A stretch of 64,000 bases of DNA from Candidatus Zixiibacteriota bacterium (GCA_024278935.1 JAJRSF010000007.1:66799-130798); one strand, 5' to 3'; shown: positions 37,602 through 47,246, counted from the stretch's first letter. Notes: generated by a model not told the origin, from the sequence alone. A program made the numbers and translations.

Positions 37602-37737
37602 ATTGAGTTAGTATAGCACAACCCGTGCGTTACCACGGGTTGAGATATTTTTTATTTTTACCCTACTAAAACAATATCGGATAAAACACCAATAGTTTAA
37701 GTAATCGTATGGTTTTCTTTACGTTTAAAAAGTTATT

Positions 37738-39150
37738 TTAAAATACTCCGGTAAATGAAAATGTTATCACATGGTTTTTAATATCCTGGAAACCATTTAA
37801 TGAGCCAAATTCGGTATCTGAAGTAGAGTATACATAAGCTAGGTCTAGTTTAATCTGTTCCCAATGGATACCGGTACCTGCTGTAATGCTATAATTTACA
37901 ACCGTTGATGAAGTACCAAAATCATCTATAGAAGGTGCAGGTGTAGGTACATAGCCGAATCCTGCTATGAGAGGAACATTACCAAAACTAAATGCAGACA
38001 TATATTCGGCACCAAGTCTTACTGAGAGTGAGTTATTCCATTCCGGTTCAAGTGTAACATATTCTTCGAAATTAGATCCACCAGGATTGATAGTTTGACT
38101 AATACGGAAATCAATATTTTTACCACTAAAGGCTCGATATTCAAGATCGCCGGCTAGTAGCAATTTTTCATTAACTTGATAACCAACTCCAACACCAAGC
38201 ATTAAAGGCATTTTATACTTAAACAGGATATCAGTTGTATAAAGAGTTCCGGAAGATATCAATGAAACAGCTGCCGCAGAATCTGCTTTGATAAACGTTT
38301 CACTGACAATATTCTGATTTCTATTTTCTTTTAATTCAAATGGAGTTTTGATTACTAATCCGGCATTAACCTTATCGCCATTATACATAAAACCGAGAGT
38401 AAAGTTAGCACCTGAGAACTTATTTGTATCTTCTAATTCTGAAAAACTTTCAAAGTTAGCGAATTGAAAGCCGTTGTATCTAAAGCCAACTCCAGTGGAG
38501 TTTTCATCAATAAATAGTAGTGACTTTCCGGTATAGATATTAATCGTAGCACCAAAAGAGATATTATTATAAAAACGAGTACCAAAACCAACACTCAAGG
38601 CGTTCATTCCACCTTCTTGAGAAATCGTTCTTGAGGTATTTACTTCATTTGTGTCGACAAAAAACCGACCGGTAACACTTGAGAAGTTGTAAACGGTATC
38701 TAAAGTCTGTACTCCGACCTGAGTAAAGCTATTAAAGTTACGGTTTAAATTTAGAGAAAAAACAAATGGATGCCCGGAGACACGAATCGGAGAGACAAAG
38801 TTAAAAGAAGATAAATCACTAAAAGAACCGTCGTGATTCAATTCAACGAGGGAAGCATTTAATTGAGTTGAAGAATTACCTTTAGGAGCAAGGTTAAACC
38901 AAGATATCCCAACGATAGTTTCATCAATTTCAAATATTCCGGCAGGATTCCAAGTACCACCGTTAATGTCATTAGAGACACCAAAATAAGCGTTCCCCAT
39001 GCCTTTTGCACGAGCACCACCACCAACAAAGTCAAAATCATATGTATTATAACCAGTAAGTGATTCGAAAATATCTACTTCTTCTTGAGCATATCCAATT
39101 GATGTACAAGCCAAAAGTAGAACTAAAGCTGCAAATAAGGATTTTTTCAT
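37738..39150 (-). CDS. Beta-barrel outer-membrane protein (PorV/FadL-like N-terminal motif)
   Basis: 470 aa. Signal peptide, GGGARAKGMGNAYFGVSNDINGGTWNPAGI, C-terminal ...ITFSFTGVF. Confidence 0.55.
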   Translation of the reverse strand: MKKSLFAALVLLLACTSIGYAQEEVDIFESLTGYNTYDFDFVGGGARAKGMGNAYFGVSNDINGGTWNPAGIFEIDETIVGISWFNLAPKGNSSTQLNASLVELNHDGSFSDLSSFNFVSPIRVSGHPFVFSLNLNRNFNSFTQVGVQTLDTVYNFSSVTGRFFVDTNEVNTSRTISQEGGMNALSVGFGTRFYNNISFGATINIYTGKSLLFIDENSTGVGFRYNGFQFANFESFSELEDTNKFSGANFTLGFMYNGDKVNAGLVIKTPFELKENRNQNIVSETFIKADSAAAVSLISSGTLYTTDILFKYKMPLMLGVGVGYQVNEKLLLAGDLEYRAFSGKNIDFRISQTINPGGSNFEEYVTLEPEWNNSLSVRLGAEYMSAFSFGNVPLIAGFGYVPTPAPSIDDFGTSSTVVNYSITAGTGIHWEQIKLDLAYVYSTSDTEFGSLNGFQDIKNHVITFSFTGVF

Positions 39151-39231
39151 CCTGTAAGACTCCTTATATATTTTTAAAAATACTTTTTTTCATTATTATA
39201 GTGACGTATTACCGCCTGAAAATAAGTAAAG

Positions 39232-39260
39232 AATATATATCTCTTTTTCACTGTTGTCAA
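39232..39260 (-). promoter_or_regulatory. Candidate sigma70 promoter for the 37738-39150 OMP gene
   Basis: The minus strand reads TTGACA, 17 nt, TATATT. Confidence 0.35.
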
Positions 39261-39394
39261 ATTATTTAAACAAATAAAATTGCTTTTATCTTATTGAATT
39301 ATAAAGGGTTGGGCAATTGTTTCTTCCTAAGAGCTAAAAAACGGTCAAATTATTTTCAAAGAAGAGAATATTATAGTGTTTTATAGTAAAAAAA

Positions 39395-39468
39395 TACCCT
39401 CGACAGGAATCGAACCTGTGGCACTCGGTTTAGGAAACCGATGCTCTATCCTACTGAGCTACGAGGGC
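39395..39468 (-). tRNA. tRNA-Arg (anticodon CCU)
   Basis: Cloverleaf folded by hand: GCCCTCG/TA/GCTC-AGTAGGATA-GAGC/A/TCGGT-TTCCTAA-ACCGA/GTGCC/ACAGG-TTCGATT-CCTGT/CGAGGGT/A. No encoded CCA. The first acceptor pair is G1-U72. Confidence 0.85.
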
Positions 39469-39503
39469 AAATCATGAATTTCATCCAATAGTATATCAGA
39501 TTC

Positions 39504-40028
39504 TCACTCAGAATCATAGGAAATCAAGTAGTCAATATCATATTTTTTTAGTTTCTCACGCCAAGGCAGAAAGTTTAAATCTATGACTGTTGATATACCG
39601 ACAACCTCACCATCTAATCGCTCGACAAGTTTACAGACTGATTCCATAGTTCCACCGGTAGCAAGCAGATCGTCGACAATGACAATTCTATCACCGGCAG
39701 AAACAGCATCGGTATGCATTTCAATTTTATCGGTTCCGTATTCAAGTTCGTATTCTTCAGCAATAGTTTCAGAAGGTAATTTCCCCGGTTTCCTCGCCGG
39801 GATAAAACCAAGCTCTAAACGATTGCATAATGCAGCACCAAATATAAATCCACGAGATTCAATGCATACAAGTTTTGAAGGGTTCTTCGAAACGATATAT
39901 TTTTCCATCAACTCAAGAGCAATATTAAACCCGGTAGGGTCTTGCAGAAGAGTTGTGATGTCGTAAAAGTTGATTCCTTTTTTGGGGAAATCTTGAACAG
40001 AGCGAATATACTTTTTTAATTCATCCAT
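39504..40028 (-). CDS. apt: Adenine phosphoribosyltransferase
   Basis: 174 aa. FPKKGINFYDIT, GIESRGFIFG and VIVDDLLATGGT (PRPP motif). Confidence 0.9.
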   Translation of the reverse strand: MDELKKYIRSVQDFPKKGINFYDITTLLQDPTGFNIALELMEKYIVSKNPSKLVCIESRGFIFGAALCNRLELGFIPARKPGKLPSETIAEEYELEYGTDKIEMHTDAVSAGDRIVIVDDLLATGGTMESVCKLVERLDGEVVGISTVIDLNFLPWREKLKKYDIDYLISYDSE

Positions 40029-40042
40029 AATTTAGCACCCGG

Positions 40043-40321
40043 TTATGTTATTATTTCAAATTTTCTGAATTTATTTTCATATGGCAGCCAGTTGATTTCG
40101 GCTTGAGAAACGGTTGAGCTTTCCGGTCCTAACTTGAGCATGCTATGATATTGATCTACAATATTTTTTTCGCCTTCAACAGTTGAGAAGACAGACCCAT
40201 CGGGAAGGTTTTTGACCCAACCTGATAAGTTGAGCTTGCGAGCCTGTGTGAGACAGAAATATCTAAAACCGACACCTTGTACGATGCCGGTTACAATAAT
40301 TTCAGCAGAGACTAAGCTCAT
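40043..40321 (-). CDS. acyP: Acylphosphatase
   Basis: 92 aa. VTGIVQGVGFRYF and GWVKNLPDGSV motifs. Confidence 0.85.
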   Translation of the reverse strand: MSLVSAEIIVTGIVQGVGFRYFCLTQARKLNLSGWVKNLPDGSVFSTVEGEKNIVDQYHSMLKLGPESSTVSQAEINWLPYENKFRKFEIIT

Positions 40322-40785
40322 CGATTTTCTTCTGCAAGCTCCATAGCCAATTTGGCCGCTTCAAGTGGAGTTTCTACGACTTTGATTTCATCGCCAAGTT
40401 TCCAAGCATTAACAGAAATCAGTGGTTTTCCTGCATGTAAAGCAAAAGCCATTTCTGATAAAGTTCCGTATTTACCCGGGAAAGCTACAACAGCATCGGC
40501 AGCTCGAACGACTAATAAGTTGCGAGCTTCACCAAAACCAGATGGCACCACGTAATCAATAAATTCGTTGGCATCATCTTTTTGATCTGATGGAAGTATT
40601 CCAATAGTTGTACCGCCCGCTTCTTTTGCACCCCTCGATGCTCCCTCCATAATTCCCCCCATGCCTCCGCTCACAATGACACCATCATGTTCGGCAACAT
40701 ATTTACCAACTTCTGCGGCTAAGTCGCGAAGTTTTTTGGAGCATTTTCCAGCTCCGACTACAGCAATGACAAGTTTACGTGCCAT
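40318..40785 (-). CDS. TIGR00725/LOG-like Rossmann-fold protein
   Basis: 155 aa. VVGAG...VSGGMGGIMEGASRGAKEAGGTTIGILP...PGKYGTLSE. Confidence 0.65.
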   Translation of the reverse strand: MARKLVIAVVGAGKCSKKLRDLAAEVGKYVAEHDGVIVSGGMGGIMEGASRGAKEAGGTTIGILPSDQKDDANEFIDYVVPSGFGEARNLLVVRAADAVVAFPGKYGTLSEMAFALHAGKPLISVNAWKLGDEIKVVETPLEAAKLAMELAEENR

Positions 40786-41027
40786 GTCTGAATTCCTTTC
40801 TTTTAACCCTCTCCCCTCTTACGAACACCATTCCTTTAAAACTTTTATCACCCATCCTGATAAAGCACCATCTTTATTCGGACAACTAAATTGAAATTTA
40901 GTCACCCTATTCTTCACCATTGAAAGCAAATCCCATATTCTGCGAGTCAATGTAATTGAATTGTCGATATGATACAGATAATTAAAAAATTGTCAACTTA
41001 TAAAAACGATATAATCAAGAGAATATC

Positions 41028-41795
41028 TTAAATTTTGATTTTTAGCTGACTTAGTTCGGCAAGCTTTTCTGTATCGGTGAAGTTGAGCGTCAGAGGTGTT
41101 ATAGAAATATTGCCTGAGTGAACTGCTTCAAAGTCGGAACCTTTTGTCATTTTCCATTTTGGTCTGCCACCTATCCAGTAATATGATTTACCGCGGGGAT
41201 CCGGTTTATGTATGACAACATCTTTGTAATGACGAAACCCTAGTTTTGTAAACCTGCAATCTTTATACGCTTTGCCATTGTCTAAAGGCAAGTTTATATT
41301 TAAAAATGTGTCCGAAGTCAAATTGAATGAGTCATATACTTTTATCACTTTTGCGAGATATTTTGCGGCACGCTCCATTGGAGTTCCCGGTTCATAGTTT
41401 GCCATAGAAACAGCAATAGATGGAATTTGTAAAATAGAACCTTCAATAGCGGCTGCGATTGTACCCGAGTAAGTGACATCATCGCCCATATTGCCACCAT
41501 GATTTATTCCCGAAGTTATCATATCGGGTTTTTTACCTTTGTAAAGAAGATGCATGGCAAGCATAACGCAATCGGTCGGAGTGCCATCGGTCGTATACCA
41601 ATTTTTCTCAATTTGAGTCATACGAAGGGGATGGTTTAAAGTAAGCGAATGCGATGATGCTGACTGTTCACGGTCAGGTGCGACAACTTGTACTATATGT
41701 TTTTTGGAAAGTTCTTTTACTATCGCTTTGATACCATCAGAGAAATAGCCATCATCGTTTGTAACGAGAATTTTTAGTTTTTTTTCTTTTTTCAT
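41028..41795 (-). CDS. surE: 5'/3'-nucleotidase SurE
   Basis: 255 aa. ILVTNDDGYFSDGI, GINHGGNMGDDVTYSGTIAAA. Confidence 0.9.
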   Translation of the reverse strand: MKKEKKLKILVTNDDGYFSDGIKAIVKELSKKHIVQVVAPDREQSASSHSLTLNHPLRMTQIEKNWYTTDGTPTDCVMLAMHLLYKGKKPDMITSGINHGGNMGDDVTYSGTIAAAIEGSILQIPSIAVSMANYEPGTPMERAAKYLAKVIKVYDSFNLTSDTFLNINLPLDNGKAYKDCRFTKLGFRHYKDVVIHKPDPRGKSYYWIGGRPKWKMTKGSDFEAVHSGNISITPLTLNFTDTEKLAELSQLKIKI

Positions 41796-42154
41796 AGGAG
41801 ACTAAACTAACAGAAGATGTTGTCTTTGGCAAGTGGTAGTTTTTAAATGTGATGCGGATCATTGCTTTCAGGTCTCGGAAATAGCTATCTCGATTCTCCT
41901 CTACTCCTTTCCGTGCTTGACACGGAATCTAGTGCAGTAACGAGTAGAGCAAATTTTTAACATGAAATAAAAGTGTAGCCCACTCCTTGTGGTGGGTTTC
42001 TATTCGATTTTATTTTTTTTTACTGAGGGATGAATTGTAAACGTACCCCAAGGTGTACGCCACCCGTCATAAAATCAATCAGATATTTCCCCCACCATAA
42101 ATGGTGGGCAACCCGGCTTTCAGATGTCGGAAAGAGCTGATCTACGAGAGAATA

Positions 42155-42183
42155 GTAGGGAGGAAATCTTTAGCATTTCCGCC
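42155..42183 (+). repeat. GTAGGGA-family REP-like element (variant stem)
   Basis: GTAGGGA GGAAAT CTTTAGC ATTTCC GCC. Confidence 0.65.
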
Positions 42184-42190
42184 AATAGAT

Positions 42191-42219
42191 GGCAGAACCA
42201 CTAAAGGGTTCTTCCCTAC
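42191..42219 (-). repeat. GTAGGGA-family REP-like element
   Basis: The reverse complement reads GTAGGGA AGAACC CTTTAGT GGTTCT GCC. It is inverted relative to 42155-42183. Confidence 0.65.
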
Positions 42220-42264
42220 GATGGCTTCTTTATATTCTTAAGAAGAAATATTTGTCGCTTACAA

Positions 42265-43104
42265 TTAATTTGTGAGTTTACTTATTTTCTCGTGGGCGAG
42301 TGGGATAAACGGGTCATCTTCGGGGGCGAACTTGATATATAATTTAAAAGCATCAATCGCTTCATCAAATTTTTCTAACTTTTCGAGTGAGACACCTTTG
42401 TTGATATATGCTTCATAGGCATACTTAGTTTCATTGAGAGCGTTGTTACAATCTTTGACCGCTGCTTCGTACTTTCCTGCTTCGTAATAAATTTTCGCTC
42501 TATTGATATACCCTTCTGTATAGACAGGGTCTATTCGGAGCGCTTCATTTATTGATTCGAGTGCCATATAATAATCTTCGATTTCAAAATAAGTCATAGC
42601 AAGATTATTATGCACTTCAATAAAATGCGGATACAGTTCTATCGCTTTTTTAAAGTCGGTAATCGCATCATCAAACCTATCAGCTTGATAGTAAGCATCT
42701 CCCCTATTGGCGTATATATCTTTATCGGTCGAGTCGGCTGCTATTGCTTTAGAAAAATAAAATATCGACGAGTCGTATTCTTTGAGCATAGTAAATGTGA
42801 GGGCGTAGTTATTGTAGACTTCGTTAAAGTCAGCATCGAGTTTTAATGCTTGTGCATAATCTGTTAACGCATTTTCATATGCTCCGGTAGTATAATAGAT
42901 TAATCCACGATTATTAAAAGCACGAGCGAAACTTGAATCGAGTTCTATTGCTTGTGTAAATTCTGCGGCAGCTTGTTCGTAGCGTTCTCTATAAAAACTA
43001 TTGATTCCTTTATCGTTCATTTTTTCAGCTTCAGATTTACTCTCGAAACAACTGCATAAACTCATAAGGATTAATCCGATTATAAATATTTGTATTTTTC
43101 TCAT
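42265..43104 (-). CDS. TPR-repeat lipoprotein
   Basis: Lipobox LMSLCSC and about 7 TPR units (A..F..A...P....A..N.G pattern). The ATG at 43104 overlaps the upstream TGA (ATGA). Confidence 0.7.
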   Translation of the reverse strand: MRKIQIFIIGLILMSLCSCFESKSEAEKMNDKGINSFYRERYEQAAAEFTQAIELDSSFARAFNNRGLIYYTTGAYENALTDYAQALKLDADFNEVYNNYALTFTMLKEYDSSIFYFSKAIAADSTDKDIYANRGDAYYQADRFDDAITDFKKAIELYPHFIEVHNNLAMTYFEIEDYYMALESINEALRIDPVYTEGYINRAKIYYEAGKYEAAVKDCNNALNETKYAYEAYINKGVSLEKLEKFDEAIDAFKLYIKFAPEDDPFIPLAHEKISKLTN

Positions 43105-43787
43105 GCCCATATCCTCTTCCAAATTTGTCTGATAAACCTTAGAGTTACTTTGTACGGATTTATATATGATGTCGACCCATCATAAATTGTCTCGATAGAA
43201 ACTTCGGCGACTTCACAACCTACAACACCTGATTTGAACAACATCTCCGATTCAAAATCATAACCGATAGTTTTTAATCGTAAAGATTTAAGTAGCTCGG
43301 TCGGAATTAAACGATAACCCGATTGGCTGTCCCGTACTCGTTGAGTTGAAAATATCGAGATAATAAGTGAGGTCAAATTGTTTGTCAGCCAACGTTGAAA
43401 CGGCATATCTTTGTCCATCGAAATATCGCGGGTACCCATGATAAGACGTTTCCCATTATCTAAAGCATAGAACTTTGGGATATCTTCGGGAAGATGCTGT
43501 AGGTCGGCATCGATTGTTAAAACCGAGCGATAGTTATTTTCGATAGCATATGCAAAGGCTGCTTTTAAAGCGGCACCTTTACCTTGATTTTGCGGAAAGT
43601 TAATATGGTTCAGATTCTGTTCTTTTAAAACTTCAAGAGTATTATCAGCGGAACCATCATTGACAAAAAGAAGATTAGAGTCACAGACATAGACCCGCAA
43701 CCTTTTTGCGAGTTCAGGAATATACTTGGCGGCGTTGTAAGCCGGGACCACTACAAGTACGGCATGTTTGTTAAATTCAGCATTCAT
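43101..43787 (-). CDS. Family 2 glycosyltransferase (polyprenol-phosphate sugar transferase-like)
   Basis: 228 aa. VVVPAYNAAKYI, NDGSADNT and TIDADLQH (DxD region). Confidence 0.8.
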   Translation of the reverse strand: MNAEFNKHAVLVVVPAYNAAKYIPELAKRLRVYVCDSNLLFVNDGSADNTLEVLKEQNLNHINFPQNQGKGAALKAAFAYAIENNYRSVLTIDADLQHLPEDIPKFYALDNGKRLIMGTRDISMDKDMPFQRWLTNNLTSLIISIFSTQRVRDSQSGYRLIPTELLKSLRLKTIGYDFESEMLFKSGVVGCEVAEVSIETIYDGSTSYINPYKVTLRFIRQIWKRIWA

Positions 43788-43919
43788 AGGTATAGCATAT
43801 CATTTCTTTATTGTTTAATCAACAATTATAAAACTGAATAAGGCAATAGTTTCAAGCTATTTCAGACTGATCAAATTTGAATTCTTGACATCAATCTGTT
43901 TGCTTGTTTAGTTGTCTGT

Positions 43920-44966
43920 ATGGCAAAAAAGAAGATTGTAATATTTGGGCATTCCGGTTCTATACATATAAAAAGATGGGTTACTGCTTTGGTAGAACGT
44001 GGGTATGCGGTGCGGGTCATTTCTCTCGATGGTGATTTGATTGCAGGGGTTGATGTTATCAGGTTTCCTCGGTCGGGGAAATTATCATATTTCAAACATG
44101 CATCGGATGCTGCAAAAGCTGCCCTAGACTTTCAGCCTGATATTATCCATGTACATTATGCCGGTGGCTATGGCATTTGGGGAAAGAAAACAAATTTCCA
44201 TCCTTTGGTCGTTTCTGTTTGGGGGTCTGACATCGAGACCCTTCCGAAATCATTTTTCTACCGACCATTTATCAAATCAATTTTGAACGAGGCGGATGCT
44301 ATAACCGCCACCTCGCATTCTCTCAAAAAATCGACCACTTCTTTTATGGCTGAATGTGAGAATAAAATTTCTGTAATTCCGTTTGGCGTAAAGGTTCCAT
44401 CGGCTGTTTCAGAGATGCCTAGTTCTGATAATGCTTCAGCTATTTATCTCAAGCATCTTGAGAAAATTTACGCTCCCGATATTTTGATTCAAGCGACGAA
44501 ACTGGTAGTGGAGAAATTCCAGAATTTCAGATTGACAATTTGTGGCGACGGTTCTTTAAAAGATGAACTTCTAGCACTCATACAAGAATTACAACTGGAA
44601 AAAAACATACAGATGGTTGGACGTATTAAAAGCTCTGAGATTAATGATTATATTTTGAAACATCATTTTATGGTGATGCCTTCACTGCAAGAAGGGTTCG
44701 GTGTTGCCGCGGTTGAAGCGTTCGCATGTTGTCGTCCTGTTATTGCAACCAACGTTGGAGGTATACCCGAGATTGTGACCAATGGACAAAATGGGTATAT
44801 GGTCGACCCGAACAATGTGCAACAACTGGCAAATGTTATGATCAAAATGATTTCCGAAAAAGAATGTATAGCTAAAATGGGACTCAATGGCTATGAGGTT
44901 GCCAAAGAAAAGTATGATTGGGAAAAGTGTGTTGATAAGATGGTGGCAGTCTATGAATCGTTTTAG
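43920..44966 (+). CDS. Family 4 (GT-B, group 1) glycosyltransferase
   Basis: 348 aa. C-terminal PSLQEGFGVAAVEAFACCRPVIATNVGGIPEIV (E-x7-E region). Confidence 0.8.
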   Translation: MAKKKIVIFGHSGSIHIKRWVTALVERGYAVRVISLDGDLIAGVDVIRFPRSGKLSYFKHASDAAKAALDFQPDIIHVHYAGGYGIWGKKTNFHPLVVSVWGSDIETLPKSFFYRPFIKSILNEADAITATSHSLKKSTTSFMAECENKISVIPFGVKVPSAVSEMPSSDNASAIYLKHLEKIYAPDILIQATKLVVEKFQNFRLTICGDGSLKDELLALIQELQLEKNIQMVGRIKSSEINDYILKHHFMVMPSLQEGFGVAAVEAFACCRPVIATNVGGIPEIVTNGQNGYMVDPNNVQQLANVMIKMISEKECIAKMGLNGYEVAKEKYDWEKCVDKMVAVYESF

Positions 44967-45125
44967 AGATAGCTTGAGAACCGTTCGACAAGATAAGGTT
45001 GACTTACAGGATTAAATCAGGAAAGGGGTCCTGACTTCGCAATAAAAGATGAGATTGCCACACTCCCTCTGGTCGTTCGCAATGACTGCTGTAATGACTA
45101 GCTTCTTTAATATAAAAAAAATAAT

Positions 45126-45154
45126 GTCAGAACTGCTAAAGAGTTCTTCCCTAC
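45126..45154 (-). repeat. GTAGGGA-family REP-like element
   Basis: The reverse complement reads GTAGGGA AGAACT CTTTAGC AGTTCT GAC. Confidence 0.6.
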
Positions 45155-45183
45155 TACTACTGACAACGCAAATTAATTCTTTT

Positions 45184-45212
45184 GGCAGAACCGCTAAAGG
45201 GTTCTTCCCTAC
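45184..45212 (-). repeat. GTAGGGA-family REP-like element
   Basis: The reverse complement reads GTAGGGA AGAACC CTTTAGC GGTTCT GCC. It ends 3 nt from the MerR-family stop codon. Confidence 0.65.
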
Positions 45213-45214
45213 TA

Positions 45215-45571
45215 CTAAGAAAATTCTTTTAACAAGTCATTTATATCTTTTCGGATCTGACCTATGAGTGTTTTAGATTTTGCCGTAGAATGAATAAAAG
45301 CTTTTTCTTCTTTATGTTTTTTCATCGTCAGCTTAGCACGGGTTCCCTCGATAGTCAGTTTCTCTTTTTTGCTGAGATGGTTGATTCGGTTGACAATCTC
45401 GATATCCTTTTGGGTATACGTGCGGTTGCCACCTCGATTTTTCTTAGGAGATAGCTGATCAAATTCTTTTTCCCAAAAACGTAAAACATATTCTTTCAAA
45501 CCGGTTATTTTGGCTACTTCACTGATAGAATAATAAAGTTTTTCACCTTTTGTTAGTTTCGCCATACGCAA
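45215..45571 (-). CDS. MerR-family transcriptional regulator
   Basis: 118 aa. YSISEVAKITGLKEYVLRFWEKEF...NRGGNRTYTQKDI HTH region. Confidence 0.72.
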   Translation of the reverse strand: MRMAKLTKGEKLYYSISEVAKITGLKEYVLRFWEKEFDQLSPKKNRGGNRTYTQKDIEIVNRINHLSKKEKLTIEGTRAKLTMKKHKEEKAFIHSTAKSKTLIGQIRKDINDLLKEFS

Positions 45572-45586
45572 ACCTTTCCGTTTGAC

Positions 45587-46594
45587 CTATTGCCATATTT
45601 CCGTTTTTAAATCACGTTTCATTAAATCTCTAATACCTTTAGCCGGTGCTTTATTGTCAAAAAGCACATTAAAGACTCCGGTAGTAATCGGCATTTCGAC
45701 ATTATGTTTTTTCGCAAGTTCATAGCCTGACTTGGTAGTCTGGACACCCTCGGCAACCATTGTCATTGATGCGATGATATCATCGAGTTTTTCGCCCTGT
45801 CCAATATGTTCACCGACATACCGATTGCGACTATGCACCGACATACAAGTTGTAATCAAATCACCAACGCCGGAGAGTCCCGCAAAAGTATCGGGCTTAG
45901 CTCCCATCGCCTGCCCCAGTCGAGTGATTTCTGCCAGCCCTCGGGTGAGTAAGGCTCCCATTGTGTTGTCACCCATTTGTAAGCCTGCCGAAATTCCGGC
46001 AGCAATAGCGATGATATTTTTAAGTGAACCACCTAGCTCAATACCTATTAAATCATCAGAGTGATAGACCCGTAAAGAGTTGGTGCTGAAAATTTGCTGA
46101 ACTTCATGACGCAACTCAAATGATTCCGATGCGGTCACGACTGCGGTCGGAATATCAAGGGCGACTTCTTCGGCATGTGATGGTCCCGAAAGTGTTGCAA
46201 TCTTTTCAAATGGTATTTCGAGTTCTTCGTGGAGAACTTCCGACATACGTTTGAGCGAACCTATTTCGATTCCTTTGGCAACATTGACAAATGATGTATT
46301 TGAGAAGTCGATAGCTTTAAGGTTCTGTAAGACTTTACGAAGTGACTGCGATGGAACCGCAAGGACAACAAGCTCAGCGTTTTTAACAGACTCTAAGAGG
46401 TCATTAGAAATCATAATAGAATCATCGAGTTTAATTTTGGCAAGTTTTTTTGGATGACATCTTTGCGTGCGAATTATTTCGCAATCATCTTTATCAAATT
46501 CCCACATTGTTACATTGGCATTATTGCTCTGGACTACGCGAGCAAGTGCCATTCCCCAAGAACCGGCTCCAAGGATAGTTATATTTTTAAACAT
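45587..46594 (-). CDS. gpsA: NAD(P)H-dependent glycerol-3-phosphate dehydrogenase
   Basis: ILGAGSWG Rossmann motif, GPSHAEEV, LKNIIAIAAG. I prefer the ATG at 46594 (MFKNITILGAG); the ORF track extends to 46648, inside plsY. Confidence 0.9.
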   Translation of the reverse strand: MFKNITILGAGSWGMALARVVQSNNANVTMWEFDKDDCEIIRTQRCHPKKLAKIKLDDSIMISNDLLESVKNAELVVLAVPSQSLRKVLQNLKAIDFSNTSFVNVAKGIEIGSLKRMSEVLHEELEIPFEKIATLSGPSHAEEVALDIPTAVVTASESFELRHEVQQIFSTNSLRVYHSDDLIGIELGGSLKNIIAIAAGISAGLQMGDNTMGALLTRGLAEITRLGQAMGAKPDTFAGLSGVGDLITTCMSVHSRNRYVGEHIGQGEKLDDIIASMTMVAEGVQTTKSGYELAKKHNVEMPITTGVFNVLFDNKAPAKGIRDLMKRDLKTEIWQ

Positions 46595-47246
46595 TTTGCT
46601 CTTCCTCACTTTTTTTGAACGATGGAGCAAACTTTGTTTCGGTGCCATTGAGGATGCGAGTTATATTTTTACGATGCGATGCGACAACAAATATTCCTAA
46701 GATAATTCCTAAAACGAAATAGATATTATCAACGTGCTGGTGAAAATAATATTTTTCAATTAAGAGTACGATAGTAAAGAATGGAACGCCGATAATTGAT
46801 GCGAGTGAAATCAGTCGTGTCGAAAATGCGACTATCAGGAAAACTGCAAATGCAACTAACGCCTCTATCGGCATAAGAGTTATCACCGAACCCATCGATG
46901 CGTTGACACCTTTGCCACCTTTAAATTTTAGAAATAGCGGAAAGATTGAACCAAGGACACAAACACCTGCGGAGATGACAAAATAGAGGTCAGGTGAAAA
47001 GAGCGTAATGTTTAGTTCGTAGTATAAAAACTTCGCCAACAAAACTGCGGCAGCGGCTTTGCCCATATCTCCGACATAGCCCCATAGAGCGGTTTTGAAG
47101 CCACATACACGAGCGACATTGGTAGCACCAATATTCCCGGAGCCATAGGAACGGATGTCTCCCTTACCGGCAAGGCGAGTCACGATAATGCCGAATGGAA
47201 TACCGCCTATTAAGTAGGCTAAGAGTAAAGGTAGAAAATCTAGCAT
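46587..47246 (-). CDS. plsY: Glycerol-3-phosphate acyltransferase PlsY
   Basis: 219 aa. YLIGGIPFG, GSGNIGATNV and KGGKGV motifs. Confidence 0.9.
   Translation of the reverse strand: MLDFLPLLLAYLIGGIPFGIIVTRLAGKGDIRSYGSGNIGATNVARVCGFKTALWGYVGDMGKAAAAVLLAKFLYYELNITLFSPDLYFVISAGVCVLGSIFPLFLKFKGGKGVNASMGSVITLMPIEALVAFAVFLIVAFSTRLISLASIIGVPFFTIVLLIEKYYFHQHVDNIYFVLGIILGIFVVASHRKNITRILNGTETKFAPSFKKSEEEQNV

Larger units (their letters stand above)
41860..42219. repeat. Cluster of at least six short palindromic REP-like elements filling the surE/TPR intergenic region
   Basis: Includes the hairpin TTCCGTGcttgaCACGGAA (41909-41927), GTAGCCCACTCCTTGTGGTGGGTTTC (41975-42000), CCCACCataaatGGTGGG (about 42091-42108) and the inverted pair 42155-42183 / 42191-42219. 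Confidence 0.7.

Noticed and set aside
39395-39468. tRNA-Arg as the attachment site of an integrated element
   Set aside because: No integrase, no direct repeat of the tRNA 3' end and no foreign-looking genes flank it. The neighbours are an OMP gene and apt.
41860-42219. CRISPR array in the repeat-dense intergenic regions (also 20861-21109 and 45040-45212)
   Set aside because: The repeats are heterogeneous palindromes of different families and orientations. They are not a single direct repeat separated by unique spacers of regular length, and there are no cas genes.
43871-44095. 74-aa minus-strand ORF at the GT2/GT4 divergent region
   Set aside because: It overlaps the 5' end of the well-supported GT4 gene on the opposite strand and has no homology features.
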